Positions 39,201-50,332 of a DNA stretch of 64,000 nt are shown piece by piece. The DNA comes from Candidatus Latescibacterota bacterium (GTDB lineage: Bacteria > Latescibacterota > UBA2968 > UBA8231). How positions within the stretch are numbered: position 1 is the stretch's first letter; the number at the start of each line of letters is the position of its first letter. The translations under genes were made by a program, and so were the position numbers. The notes below the pieces were generated by a model that saw only the letters and a list, made by a program, of their open reading frames with translations, did no database searches and had not been told where the DNA came from. The stretch lies in contig CBDCXV010000009.1 in the NCBI GenBank assembly GCA_965223905.1, forward strand, positions 416,001 through 480,000, written 5' to 3'.

Positions 39201-41203
39201 GTCAGAAACCTGACGGCTGCGACAAGGAAAGAGCCCGAACCACAGCTCGGATCGCACACCTTCAGTTCGAGGATCTCCTCGGGTTTTCTGGCGGTCCACT
39301 GCTCAGGGGGCGCATCCTCATTTGGCCTGTGATCAACCAAGGGCGGCATGTATGCCAGCGGGCGCAGGGTGCGATGGACCGTTGGAACAGCCAGTTGCGG
39401 CCGTGTGTAGAAGGTGCCGGAACCTTTCCGGGTGCCGCCCCAGCGCACCAGGAACCATTCCCCCGGCTGCACGACCCGTTTGGTCAGTTGCCGGGCCTTC
39501 GATTCCAGCTGTCTCTCAAAGGCAAGCTGCTTCTCAGGTGTCTGCCTTCCCCCGGGCTTCCGGACGAGCCCCGAGGCCAGAGCCGCCCGGCGGGCCCAGG
39601 TCAGAGCCCTTTGCCGAGATGCCTCCCCCACCGAAGCCTGCTCCTCGCTGATATCCAGGTCGTCCTCATCACTCGGTTCGGCCTCTTGATCCGCAGACTC
39701 CCCGTCTTCCTCACCTGAGTCCTCGGTTTCCTCTTCCGTCAACACCTCCTCCGGTATCTCCTCGTCTCCCAGGGTACGGGATTCCTTCATCGCCTCGAAG
39801 AGCTGTCGAATCTGGCGATCCTCCATAGCCTCCAGACCCGACAAGGGCAGGGCAGGCTCATTGCCCACAGCAAGGAAGAGGACCGGGTCGTCCTCCGGCG
39901 CGGTACGCAACTCGTAGTCCAGGAGACCTTCGTAGAGTACTCCGATGTACTCGGTGGACAGCCCGGCGAAATCGACGGGCACCATCGTGCGCGTTGTCGC
40001 CCGCCCCTGCCGAACCCGTACCTGCGTACGCATCAGTAGTTCCAGCATTTCGAAAACAATTCCGTCGGGCATCAGCTGCAACTGGGGATCGAAGCAGGCA
40101 TTCTCGAACACGGACAGTGCCCTGTTGACCGGGTCGGGGTCAGCCGGTTTCCCCGGTGCGAACAATTCACCCCCATATGCCGGCACCCCCAGGGACGGAT
40201 GGTCGGCCCCTTTGTGGATAACACGGAACAGGCCTAGGACCCGCGGCCAAGCGCCGAAGCGGTGACTCAGGCGAGAGTGGCCTCGAACGGCTACCTGCTG
40301 CAGGGCCTCGAAGAGACCCTGGAGACCATAGCTGTTCTCGTACGTAGGCTCGGAGCGGGGCAGAAGCTCCCGTGTCTCTGCAAACAGGATGACGACCAGC
40401 CGCATTACGACCCGAACGGCAGCACGGTAGATGTCTGCGCTGTCAATGTCGTTCGCGTTCTTCGACAGGGCAGGTCCGTGGGCGCGCACTAATGCTTCGA
40501 CCGCCTCGCGCACGCGCTCCCCCATCAACGCCGACAGCTCCGACTGCCCCTTGCGGCTGTCCTGGACAGCCGTAACCAACGGCACTGGTTGATCCTTTTC
40601 CGCGCTGGCCAACAGCGCGGGCTGCAGGAGCGTCCGCAAAGCTTGCAACTGGGGGCCGGGCTCACCCTGCTCGAACCAGAGCTCCGTGTCCCACTCGCAC
40701 GCCGCCTCGAAGTCGAGGCCGGCATACAGCAGCCGCCACTGTCGTCCGTTTGTCACCAGGGCCAAGGGCCGATGCGCCTTGCGGAGCCACTGGATGCAGT
40801 CACTTATGACCTTTCTTCCGCGTCCCAATCCCAGAATGGCCGAGTTGTCGAAGAAGACGGGCAACGCGCCGCCCCGGTGCGCCGTCCATACATGTCTAGG
40901 CTTCAGCCCTTCACCAGTTACGAGGGGTTCCGTCCATTCCGGCAGCACCGCCGACCCCCTTGCCCAGATGCCATCACCTCCCTCGAACCCACACAGCTTT
41001 TCCAACACCCAGGAAACGAACTGGCCCGCCTCCACGTCGCCGGACTCCCTCCTGTTTAACTCCCGGCGTAGCTGATCGAAGCGGTACCTGGGCAGATCCG
41101 GTGCCGCATAGTCGTTACTGATCCAGTTGACCACATCCGGAGACAGGAGCAGTCCGAAGTGCCGGAGACTTTCCCACCAGGTGCGTGTGGATGTCGCGTT
41201 CAT
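36275..41203 (-). CDS. drmMI: DrmMI-like / type IIG (Eco57I-like) adenine methyltransferase
   Basis: LVTNGRQWRL, GTFYT, DPSCGSGSF, YGVDLD, FHWELEF, GNPPW; ATGA-coupled to drmD. Confidence 0.82.
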   Translation of the reverse strand: MNATSTRTWWESLRHFGLLLSPDVVNWISNDYAAPDLPRYRFDQLRRELNRRESGDVEAGQFVSWVLEKLCGFEGGDGIWARGSAVLPEWTEPLVTGEGLKPRHVWTAHRGGALPVFFDNSAILGLGRGRKVISDCIQWLRKAHRPLALVTNGRQWRLLYAGLDFEAACEWDTELWFEQGEPGPQLQALRTLLQPALLASAEKDQPVPLVTAVQDSRKGQSELSALMGERVREAVEALVRAHGPALSKNANDIDSADIYRAAVRVVMRLVVILFAETRELLPRSEPTYENSYGLQGLFEALQQVAVRGHSRLSHRFGAWPRVLGLFRVIHKGADHPSLGVPAYGGELFAPGKPADPDPVNRALSVFENACFDPQLQLMPDGIVFEMLELLMRTQVRVRQGRATTRTMVPVDFAGLSTEYIGVLYEGLLDYELRTAPEDDPVLFLAVGNEPALPLSGLEAMEDRQIRQLFEAMKESRTLGDEEIPEEVLTEEETEDSGEEDGESADQEAEPSDEDDLDISEEQASVGEASRQRALTWARRAALASGLVRKPGGRQTPEKQLAFERQLESKARQLTKRVVQPGEWFLVRWGGTRKGSGTFYTRPQLAVPTVHRTLRPLAYMPPLVDHRPNEDAPPEQWTARKPEEILELKVCDPSCGSGSFLVAAVRFLTEALYDALHEHDRLDGDWRRPVDQLLGLEEAAADEESLQGLRLPSPPGEGDFEPRMKAILRRYVVEHCIYGVDLDPLAVELCRLALWLETMDRELPFSFLDHKIKCGNSLVGAWFDQFLHYPAMAWKNREGGDKTHSNGVHFGKNLRGKVLKAFFKETLVPDFLASMTGQWQLGEQYADEPARVHDEMVEVLEDLHSMPVHNASEQTRRYRLEFLGAPGWRSLKEAFDLWCASWYWPPNSLDAAPPPSSFGHPEDRARIIAERVAAKQRFFHWELEFPDVFCTSNSGFDAILGNPPWEVAKPNSKEFFSNVDPLYRSYGKQEALRKQTEYFADETLETRWLDYQADIRSHSNYFKYAAFPFGDPATADTSTHRFSPTRGKKNAEMHAEWRASRAKSKGYADTEHAYRYQGSADVNLFKLFLERGHALLRKGGRMGCIVPSGLYSDHGTEPLRSLFLDKCRWEWLFGFENRDKVFDIDSRFKFNPVIIEKSGRTEAIRTAFMRRRLDDWETAEAHVTPYERRQVEQFSPKSSSILEIQSSRDLEILEKIYANSVLLGDDGPGGWQIEYAREFDMTSDSGLFLPRPHWEEKGYQPDEYNRWLKGEWKPRTPTSPAPPGAKRVEICEGIILSRDGNQWIDEERVEDVALPLYEGRMIGQFDYSQKAWVSGKGRGAVWRDISWDAKQVEPQFLVGVATLKGRERYFDGLKVSHMRVGSATNARSSIATPIWRYPTGDTAAIFWCEDEVLSLVLAACMNSFVFDFVTRNRLVGLHLDYHLFEQNPLPRRSSCHFVERDLALSVLGLSCCSIAHAPVWLGFRNEKGWRRQWAISRYERLRRLSALDAAVARLYGLDEVDMCHILDQCEWPTEKYRNSQTRRQLRSKGLWRTGQSDEPELRQSVLAIAALMYGEDLNWELPETLDLSDLGLNLDPSKSNPLHVRSRLGKKFYDWQSAEDLDVSWMECELHARNLLGENGNFQ

Positions 41204-44200
41204 GCCGGACCTCCCGGCAGAATGATTTCCACCGTGATGGGAAGGACCTGAGCTTCCCCTCGCATCGTGTACCGTCTTGGGATCAGCTCTCCTGTGATGT
41301 GCCTTCGTTCCCGGACCAGTTGCTCCCTCACTTCCTCGTAGTGTCGCTTCCTGCGCTTGACCTCTTCCTCCCGGTTTGCGATATCCTGCTCCAGGTCCTC
41401 GAGCCGTCGCTCGGCATCGAACAGCTCTCCCTGAGCCCGCCGTACCTGCAGTTGCTCAATTTCCCGATCGAGTCGCGCCAAGGTGCTGCTTTCGATCATT
41501 GCCGAGACTTCCCCCTGCCGGCTTTGGTAGCGCCGGTTCTCATCATCGAGGGCCTGAGTGCGGTCTTGCTCCAGCTGAGCATTGAGTTGCTGTGCAAGCT
41601 CCGCAGCACCCTCCTGAATCCAAGCTCTGATGTCTTCGCTGACCTCCAGCCACAACTCGCGGGCAAGCTCGACATCGCCATGTTGTGGGGGTCCGTAAGT
41701 TGATCGCAGCTGGAGGGCTGGAAGGTGTTCCAAGGGTGTGTCGAGGCGGCCCTGACGGACCGGAAACCGCACCGTCCTGACCCAGTGATGAAAGGTTTCT
41801 CGCAGCTCGTTGATTGCCAGGTGCTCGACTGTGAGGTGTAGCAGTGCGTCTGCCTCCGGTACGGGGCCCCGGAATACGCCCCAGCGAGAAGAGGCCAATT
41901 CGATCCCGCCAGGAAACCGTTGTCGAGTCAGCGAGGAAAGGGCTTTCTGCAACATCGGGTGGGATAGGTGCATCAAAACGGTGTCCCGCCGCGGACGGAA
42001 CACTGGCAGGCCGTTGGCAGCATGCACGAACACCCCGGGGTCGAACGCCAAGCCCCGCAGTGGTCCAATTCGCCCGCCCTTGGCCGGTAGCCGGATCGTG
42101 TCGTCGATTACGGATGTCCAACTTGGTGGCTGAGGTTCGACTATCGCTGAGCGGCCCAGTTGATCCGGCCCGCTGATGCGAGGGCCGCCCGTCCCCAGAG
42201 CCATGGCGCTGTCCAACGTTGCCCTCAGGCTTATCGGTTCAAGGTCCAACTCACCCGCGATAACGGCCAAGTCGGCCTCAGGATCCACTCCTTCGCCCTC
42301 GTCGTTCATGTCCACTCGCTGGTCTCGCGGGATTTCGGTTCGCCTCCGTACCACCTCGACGCGAACATCCAACTCACGCTGCACCTTATCGAGCGACTCC
42401 CCCTCGATCAGTCTCCGGAAAGTGATCTCGTCGAACACTTCACCCGTCGTCCCCAGGTCTTCCCGGATCGAGTCCACCTTGCGCACTACGAGATCCAGAA
42501 AGACCAGATCCTCATCCTCGCCGCTGACAAAGTGCCAGACCGTTACGTCCCGGGCCTGTCCGTGGCGGTCGAGGCGGCCGTTTCGCTGTTCGAGGCGGGC
42601 AGGATTCCAAGGAATGTCGTAGTGAAGCAAATAGCGCGCGGTTTCCTGGAGGTTCAAACCCTCGGAGGCCGCATCGGTCGCCAGGAGAATGCGCACCGGA
42701 TCGTCAGGGTCGTTAAAGGCTGCCTTGATCTCCTCTCGTTCGTCGTCGTCCATGCCACCGAAGAGCCGCAGGACCCGTTCGTCCGAATCCAGATCATTCC
42801 GGAGTCGAATCAGGAGATAGTCGAGGGTGGTCTTGTACTCCGTGAACACAACCAAGCGCTCGTCGTTGCGCCATTCCCCGTCTATTCGAAGTTGCTCTTC
42901 GATCAGCACAAGCAAGGCGTCGTAGCGGGAATCCTCTCCAGGGATGGTACTTCTTGGATCTTCGGCCTTGGAAAACCCGAGTCCTTCGACGGCTGCCTGC
43001 ACGGCTGCCATCTCGACACTCAGTTGCGAAGCCATGGGACGCATCCACGCCCCGATCGTGGACGCGGCCGTCTGTTGCCGGCTCTCAGCTTCTCGGTCGT
43101 CGACGGTTTCCTCCGCTACGACCTTTCGAGCGGCCAGGACCTCCCCCTCTCCCACTTCTTCGTCCTCAGCAAGGCCCGCCTGCAGCCTCAACCAACTCTC
43201 CGAGAACGCCATCGGGCATGACAACAGACGCTTCCCGAAGACCTCGATGGCGAATGTCCCGGCAAGCCGACGTCGTTTCGATTCCCTAAACACCAAGTCT
43301 CGCACCTTCAAGCGCAGCGCGGAGAAGGCGCTTGCGAGCTGCTTCTCATGGCGTCCCAGCTGGACCAGGAGCGCTTGAGGCGGCAGGCGCTCGCAGAACC
43401 GCTTGGGATCGCTGCGTTCATTGATCTCCCTCTTGAGCCGGCGGACCAACACTTCCTGAACCCGTGCACGTTCAGCGGGGCCCAACTCGTCGTTCTGGCT
43501 GAACCGTACTGGATCCAGCATCTCCAGTAGCCCGGTAAATGACCGCGTATGTCCGTTGTGAGGTGTCGCCGTCAGGAAGAGACGGTGCTCGAACATGGGC
43601 GCAACCTGGCGAAGCATGGCACACAGTTCGCTCTCTTCCCCGAATGGAGAAGGCGTCAGGTTGTGAACTTCATCGACGATCAGCAGATCCCAGGGCAGGC
43701 GAGCGGCCTCGGGTTCATGCTGACTCGCAGATCGGAACTGCTCGAGGATATCCGGTTGTTTGAGGTAATGGTAACTGCAGATAATCCGGGAATGGCTGCG
43801 CCACGGATTGGCGTCCATTCCCATCCGGCGCCGCATTTGGGTGGTTGCGTCCCGATCAACGACATCGAACTGTAACGCGAACTTCTCCCACATCTCATCC
43901 CGCCACTGCAGCCGCAGGGACGCCGGAGCCATAATCAGAACACGGCGGATCTGCCGCCGCAGTAACAGCTCGCTGAGAATCAGCCCCGCCTCGATCGTTT
44001 TGCCGAGGCCTACGTCGTCGGCAATCAGCAAGGACACGCGGGGCATCCGAAGAGCCTTCAGCAATGGCATAAGCTGGTAGTCCTCGATCTGGACAGCTCC
44101 GTGGAACGGCGAGGATACCGGCAGGCGCACCATTGGCCCCGAACCGTCCGGGTCGATGAACGGGCTGCGCGCCGACCACCGACACGCCCGGACGAGGGCC

Positions 44201-44475
44201 AGGAGATCCTCCGCCTTCATCGGTTCCGAGGACAACGGATCCGGCAGGGCCGCGGGCCGCTGAAGCTGGGCGAATGGCTCCCGTTCCCAGAGAATGGTCT
44301 CCTCCATGGGGTGGTCGCCGTCATTGTATTCCAGGTCAACTATATGGAGCCGGCCATCAAGCCCATCGTGAGGACGCACGCCGCTAACTACGCCTCGGCG
44401 GTTCCGGACAGTGGCGATCATACCGACACGGGGGACCTGAGCAGTAGTGTTGGAAGTTGGATTACGCAAGGCCAT
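41200..44475 (-). CDS. drmD: DISARM-type SNF2 helicase DrmD
   Basis: VRNRRGVV N-terminus, LIADDVGLGKT, DEVH, TATPHNG, EGLNLQ, PWNPARLEQRNGRLDRHGQ. Confidence 0.85.
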   Translation of the reverse strand: MALRNPTSNTTAQVPRVGMIATVRNRRGVVSGVRPHDGLDGRLHIVDLEYNDGDHPMEETILWEREPFAQLQRPAALPDPLSSEPMKAEDLLALVRACRWSARSPFIDPDGSGPMVRLPVSSPFHGAVQIEDYQLMPLLKALRMPRVSLLIADDVGLGKTIEAGLILSELLLRRQIRRVLIMAPASLRLQWRDEMWEKFALQFDVVDRDATTQMRRRMGMDANPWRSHSRIICSYHYLKQPDILEQFRSASQHEPEAARLPWDLLIVDEVHNLTPSPFGEESELCAMLRQVAPMFEHRLFLTATPHNGHTRSFTGLLEMLDPVRFSQNDELGPAERARVQEVLVRRLKREINERSDPKRFCERLPPQALLVQLGRHEKQLASAFSALRLKVRDLVFRESKRRRLAGTFAIEVFGKRLLSCPMAFSESWLRLQAGLAEDEEVGEGEVLAARKVVAEETVDDREAESRQQTAASTIGAWMRPMASQLSVEMAAVQAAVEGLGFSKAEDPRSTIPGEDSRYDALLVLIEEQLRIDGEWRNDERLVVFTEYKTTLDYLLIRLRNDLDSDERVLRLFGGMDDDEREEIKAAFNDPDDPVRILLATDAASEGLNLQETARYLLHYDIPWNPARLEQRNGRLDRHGQARDVTVWHFVSGEDEDLVFLDLVVRKVDSIREDLGTTGEVFDEITFRRLIEGESLDKVQRELDVRVEVVRRRTEIPRDQRVDMNDEGEGVDPEADLAVIAGELDLEPISLRATLDSAMALGTGGPRISGPDQLGRSAIVEPQPPSWTSVIDDTIRLPAKGGRIGPLRGLAFDPGVFVHAANGLPVFRPRRDTVLMHLSHPMLQKALSSLTRQRFPGGIELASSRWGVFRGPVPEADALLHLTVEHLAINELRETFHHWVRTVRFPVRQGRLDTPLEHLPALQLRSTYGPPQHGDVELARELWLEVSEDIRAWIQEGAAELAQQLNAQLEQDRTQALDDENRRYQSRQGEVSAMIESSTLARLDREIEQLQVRRAQGELFDAERRLEDLEQDIANREEEVKRRKRHYEEVREQLVRERRHITGELIPRRYTMRGEAQVLPITVEIILPGGPA

Positions 44476-44564
44476 TTTTCGCCCCCTATGTTCGCCGTAG
44501 GCCAAGGATTCGGCAAGAAGGAAAACTCCGATGCTGGCGCTCTACTACCTGTTTTCGGAATCCC

Positions 44565-46293
44565 TGCGCGCGAGCTCACCGGCATGGACGAGGTGCTGGC
44601 GGAGGTGGGCGTAGGGATCCCGTTGGAGATGCGGCGGCGCCTGGTGCTGGTCGGCAACCGCATTTCACCGAGAAACCCGGCCACAAAGGCGGACGGCACG
44701 GTGCTGCGCACCATGTGGGGATCGCTCACAGCAGGTCGAGTTTTCCGCGGAGTGCCGCACCTCCGACTACGAGCGCCGCATCCGGACCGCCTACCCGATT
44801 CATCCCGAGATCATCTTCGACCGGTGGCGCGCACCGTCTATCTCGGCTCCGCGCCGACTACCGCGGCGGCGCACCGCGGCATCGACGACTCCCGGGTCAA
44901 GCTCGGCTGCGTCATGCCGGGAGAATCCCCCGCGGTCTTCGGCGACGCCCTGCGCAGGCCCGCGGAGGCGACCTACCTCTACCAGGACGGCCCGAGGCAG
45001 TGGTACGCCACCCAGCCGACGGTCACCAAGCTTGCCGAGGACCGGGCCGAGCAACTGGCCGGCAACCCTGATGTGGTCGCCAGGGAGTTGGAGGAGCGGC
45101 TGAAGAAGGACCTGCGCAGCACCGGAGACTTCGATTCGCATCCACACCCTGCCCCGCTCGGGAGCGGACGTGCCGGACGACCTCGACGCGCGGCTGGTGG
45201 TGCTCTCCGCAGAGCATCCCTGTTCGCGGGACCCTGACAATGCGGCGGAGACGGCGGCCCGGGAAATCCTGGAGTCGCGCGGCAGTACGCCGAGGCTGTT
45301 CCGCAACACCCTGGTCTTCCTGCGCAGTGGACAGGGTGCGGTACCTGGACCTCGACGAAAGCCCTGCGCCGGTACCTGGCCTGGGTGTCGATCCTCGACG
45401 AGAAGGAGGAGCTTAACCTCGACCCGCATCAGGCCCGGCAGGCGGAAACGCAGCAAAAAGCAGCCGACGATACGGTGACCGCGCGGCTGCCGGAGGCGTA
45501 CCAGTGGCTGCTGGTTCCGGGGCAGGAGAGACCGGATGCCGCGGTCTCCTGGCAGGCCATCCGTCTGACCGCGGCCGGTGCCTTGGCGGAACGGGCAGGC
45601 AGGCGGCTGCGCAACGAGGAATTGCTGGTAGCCGGACTCGGGGCGGCCATCCTGCGCAAGCACCTCGACGAGGTGCCCTTATGGCGCGGGGGGGATCACG
45701 TGGCGGTGCGGCAGCTCGTCGAGGATTTCGGCCGCTACCTGTACCTGCCCCGCCTTCGCGGCCCGGAGGTCCTCACTCGCGCCGTCCAGGACGGGGTAGC
45801 CCTGCTGACCTGGGAGTCGGATTCCTTCGCCCTTGCCGAGAGCCACGACGAGGCCGTTGAACGCTACCGCGGTTTGCAGGCGGGACAGTCGGTCGGAGTC
45901 TCCCCCGAAAGTCCGGCCCTGCTGGTCAAACCGGACGTTGCCCGCCGACAGCTCGACGCGGAGGTGCCTCCCACGCCGGCGCCGGTTCCCGGGGGTCAGG
46001 AGGGGCCGCCACCTGGTCCGGACGGGACTGAGCCGCCCCCGCCGCCACCTGAGAAGAAGCCGCGGAGGTTTCACGGCGCCGTTACTCTCGACGCTACGCG
46101 GGTGGGCCGGGACGCCGGCCAGATCGCCGACGAGGTGATCTCCCATCTCTCCGGCCTTGTCGGGGCCGAGGTACGGGTCACCCTGGAGATCGATGCCGAG
46201 ATCCCGGACGGAGCCCCGGAAAACGTCGTGCGAACGGTCACCGAAAACAGCCGCACCCTGAAGTTCGCCAGCCACGGGTTCGAGGAGTCCTGA
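44565..46293 (+). pseudogene. DUF499 AAA+ ATPase remnant (5'-truncated, internally deleted, frameshifted)
   Basis: VLVGNRISP...TMWG; ARTVYLGSAP; VKLGCVMPGE; RNTLVFL; C-terminal RTVTENSRTLKF..GFEE. Confidence 0.8.
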
Positions 46294-46347
46294 TACCGGG
46301 CCAAGAGAGCGACAGGGCTGGTCGCCACGACGCTCAAGGTCAAGGTT

Positions 46348-47208
46348 TTACCAAGGACGAAGCATCTCGCCTCTATGATGAATGGGGTGCGGAGCATTAT
46401 GATGACCACACTGTCGACATAGGTATCGTTTTTCTGACTCCTCCTGAGACCTTTCCTTCCTCAGGAGGTCCTCGTCGGTGTGGCTGTCAATCGCCTCGCG
46501 GAGCCATCGCAGCAGGTCCGGTTTCGGTAGTGCCTCCGCCTCTACGGTGGTCTACGTTGTTGGATTTGCTGGAAGGAAAGAATCCACTTGCTTGGAGGTG
46601 ACGGCAATCCGTTTCACCTCTACATCACCTTTTCCTCGAGCGGCAAATTCTTTGGCAACGGCATTGGGAGAGTTCCGCCTTGTCAAGACAAAATCGCCGA
46701 CGTAAAGAAGAATCCACGGTTTGCTGTCAAGGCCAAGGGACGCAGCGTTTCGGAGGGCCTCGGTTACCGACCAGGGCAACGAGAGACGGCTCGCATTCGA
46801 TACCTCCCACAGTTCCAAGCGGTTTTCCAAGCAAAGGGTCTCGATGATTCCGGCCAGAGGTCGCGATTCGACCCACACCTGCAAATGCTCGGGCTGCGTG
46901 GAACGCAGATTGCGCCGGTAGTTCTCGGCGTTGAGGTAGTCATGTGCCTCGTTCCAGCCCAACGTCTGTCGGAATCGCGGACCGTCCACGACGGCGTCGT
47001 ACCCAATTTGCCCATCTCGTTGCAGCTGTATCAGGTAGCGCTCAAGGTTCTGGTACTCGAAGGAGGTGTTTTCAAAATCCAGTTCGGGCCTCGACACCAG
47101 GGCGTAATGCACTTGACGAACCGTCATCGGTCCGTGCTCGGCCATCAGGTGCTCGATGGCAACGCGAACCTCCTCGATCTCGGTAGGGGTGCGCCGTTTT
47201 CGTGGCAT
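46348..47208 (-). pseudogene. Topoisomerase VI-A/Toprim-like phage-type protein with in-frame TAG at 46552
   Basis: MTVRQVHYALV, QPEHLQVWVE, LYVGDF; frame continues after the stop as TVEAEALPKPDLLRWLREAI. Confidence 0.6.
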
Positions 47209-47336
47209 CAGAAACTCCGTGAGAAGGCGGGGAAGAATCAGCCTGGGGAGCCGGCGTTTTCCGCCAGCTCGCGGTGGGGATGGCACGGTGCTCTCTTTAC
47301 CCCCCCCCCCTTGGGAATTGTCGTAGCCTGACAGAC

Positions 47337-47664
47337 GTCGAGTTGGAAACCGCCGTCCGCCCTGAAGCTCAGGCGATCCGCAGGTTTTCTACTCAGCCTT
47401 TCCCAGGCGATAGCCAACGCGAGACTCGTTGAAGAGGTAGGTGGGGTTTTTCGCGTCGTCGCCCAGCTTGCGGCGGAGGGTTTTCACGGCGGAGCGCACC
47501 GGCCGCTGGTCGGCGGAGTTCATCGAGCCCCAAACCCGTTGAAGCAGATACTCGTAGGTGGCTACCCTGTCGGCGTTGAGGGAAAGCTCCACCAGCAGCC
47601 GGTACTCGATGTCGGTCAACCGCACCGGCCGTCCCGGCCACGGTCACCTGTCGTTCGGCGTAGT
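47337..47664. repeat. ~330-bp direct repeat, copy 1 (3' end of hybrid kinase and downstream flank)
   Basis: Starts GTCGAGTTGGAAACCGCCGTCCGCCC; matches 58692-59018. Confidence 0.85.
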
Positions 47665-49765
47665 TGATGGTCAAATCTCCCAGCACACAGGGTTCCGTCG
47701 GCTCGGCCCCACCGGGTGCCGCCCGACGGCGCAGGACCGTCCGGACCCTGGCCGCCAGCTCCGTCGGCGAGAAGGGCTTGACCACGTAATCGTCGGCCCC
47801 CGCGTCGAGGGCCTGGGCAATCACCTTGTCCTGTCCGTAGGCGGAAAGGAAGATGACCGGCACGTCGGCGTTCTCGAAGATGCCCTGCATCAGCTCGATT
47901 CCGTCGACCCCCGGCAGCACGAGGTCCAGCAACACCAGGTGGGGATCGTGCTCCTCCATGAGGCGGGACACCTCCTCCGGGTCGCTGGTTGCGATGGGCG
48001 CGTAACCTGCCTTCGAGAGGGCGTCGCGAACCGTCCGCAGCGTCTGCGGGTCGTCGTCCACCATCAGGATGCGCGTCCGCTCCTTCCCGCTCTGCCCGCG
48101 GCGGGCGGAGGTCGGAACCGATCCGGCCGGAGCGACGGACCCGGCCACCTCGACCGTGGGAATGGTGAAGGTGAAGCGGGTCCCCTGGCCGGAGCCGCCG
48201 CTCTCGGCCCAGATGCGGCCCCCGTGGGCCTCCACGATCCCCTTGCAGATGGCCAGGCCCAGGCCCGACCCGCCGATCTCCCGCGCCCCGTCCTCCCCGT
48301 CGAGGCGGGGGAACTTCCGGAACAGGTGGGGCAGCCGCTCGGTTGACACTCCCCGGCCCCGGTCGGTAACGGAGACCGCCACGTGGACCCCCTCCCTCAC
48401 GGCGGATACCAGGATGGGTGCCGTCTCGGGCGAGTGCCGGGCGGCGTTGAACAGCAAGTTGCCCAGGACCTGGACGAGGCGCCGCCGGTCCGCCATCAGC
48501 TGGGGAAGGTCGGGGGCCAGTTCGATCCGCATGTTGGTTCCGGCCCCGCTGTTCAGGAAGGTGTTGCGGGCCTGTTCCACCAGGCCGGCCACTGACGTCG
48601 GTTCGGGGTCGACCCGCAAGGTGCCCGTCTCGATGCGGGCCACGTCCAGCAGGTCTTTTATCAGGCCGCTCATGTGGTCGGCCTGATGGTTGATGATGCG
48701 GAAGAACTGGACCATCTCGGCGGCGCTCATGGCGGAGGGGTCGCCCAGCACCGTGGCGACGGAACCCTTGATGGAGGTCAGCGGGGCGCGCAGCTCGTGG
48801 CTGACCATGCTCAGGAACTCGGCCCGCAGCCGTTCCGGCTCCTCCAGCGGGGTCAGGTCCTGCAGGGTCACGACGAAGGACTCGACTGCCCCCTCCTCCG
48901 AGTGAATGGGCGTGGCGTTGACCAGCGTGGTGACGCTCCGTCCGTCGGGGACCTGGATGACGATCTCCTCGGCCCGCACCGTCTCGCCCGTGCTCATCGC
49001 CTGGGCCAGGGAGACCTCTTCCAGGGAGACCTCCCGCCCGTCGCCGCGCCGGAGGGTCAGAATTTCGAGGAGTTGCTCGGGCGATTGGTCCGGCGTCCGC
49101 AGGCCCTCGACGATCCTTGTCGCCTCCCGGTTGAACGACACCGGCACTCCCGTCCTGGCGTCGAAGACCGCCACGCCCACCGGGGAGGTGTTGATCAGGG
49201 TCTCCAGGTCGGTTCTGGCCCGCTGTTCGTCCCTGTATCTGCGGGCGTTGGCTATGACCAGGGCCGCCTGCGACGCGAACAGGACCAGGGTCTCCTCGTC
49301 TTCAGGGGTGAACTCCTCGCCGCTTTCCTTCTCGGCCACGAAGATGTTGCCGGCCCGCTCGCCCCGGTGGAGGATCGGCGCCGCCAGAAAGGAGACGACG
49401 GGACCCACCGGCAGGGGCGGTCGCAGCTCCGGCAGGCCCATCGACCGGATGTGGCCGAGCAGGTCCGGGAGCCGCAGGGGTGCCGTAATGCGGCCGAGGT
49501 ACTCGAAGAGCCGCATCCCCTCGGGCAGGTCCCAGAGCTGACCAGCCTCCCCGGCCGTCATCCCGGACGAGAGGAAGTCCTGTAGACGACCCGAATCGTC
49601 GAGGAGCGTAATCACCCCGTAGCGGGCTCCCGTCAGCGACCGGGCCGAGTCCAGGGCCCCATTCAGCACCGAGTTGAAGTCGAGGCTCTCGTTGATGCGC
49701 AGGCTGGCCTCGCTCAGGCGCGACAGGCGCTCCCGCAGGGCCGCATTCTCTCGTTCAAGTTCCAT
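47389..49765 (-). CDS. Hybrid sensor kinase GAF-PAS-HisKA-HATPase-REC-OmpR wHTH; +1 frameshift near 47635
   Basis: SHELRAPL, GSGLGL, VDDD, LLDL, KPF; wHTH continues in another frame; extra G relative to paralogous copy. Confidence 0.88.
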
Positions 49766-50332
49766 AGGTTGGCTCCATGTTCCTCTTCTGGTTGGGCGCC
49801 CGCCGCCCCTGGGGTTTCCCGTGGTTGGAAAGGCGGCCGGGGGCAAAGCCTTCCAACCGCATCGGCCCGGCCGTTTCCAGTGTGCTGGCCGGGGAAATTT
49901 CTACTACCCTGGAAAAAATTCCACCAAAATATCACAAAAACGGGCCGAAAACCCACTTTTATTTCACAGCATGGCAGTACATTCAAATTTCGGAATGAAT
50001 TCCCTCGCCCTGCACGTTCAGGTCCCTCAGGCCAAGCCTATCCCAATCAGTTTCAATCCGTCGTCCTTGATAGGGATATCATCATGCAGATCGCCGGAGG
50101 GCGCCCTGTTCCCACGGCCTTGAATACGAGGGTTTTGATAGGACGGCGTAAACGAGATTAGGACTGGCACCTTACCCAAGGGTAGTGGTCTACTGGACGC
50201 TCTAAGGAAACCAATGCGCTTACTATGTAGCTCTTTAAACGCTTGTGCCATAGTTCATACTTCTCCTTGCGCGCTGTTGACACTGCCCGGCTCCACAGGG
50301 GAGCCATAAACTCTCACGCAGGAGAAGGCGGG

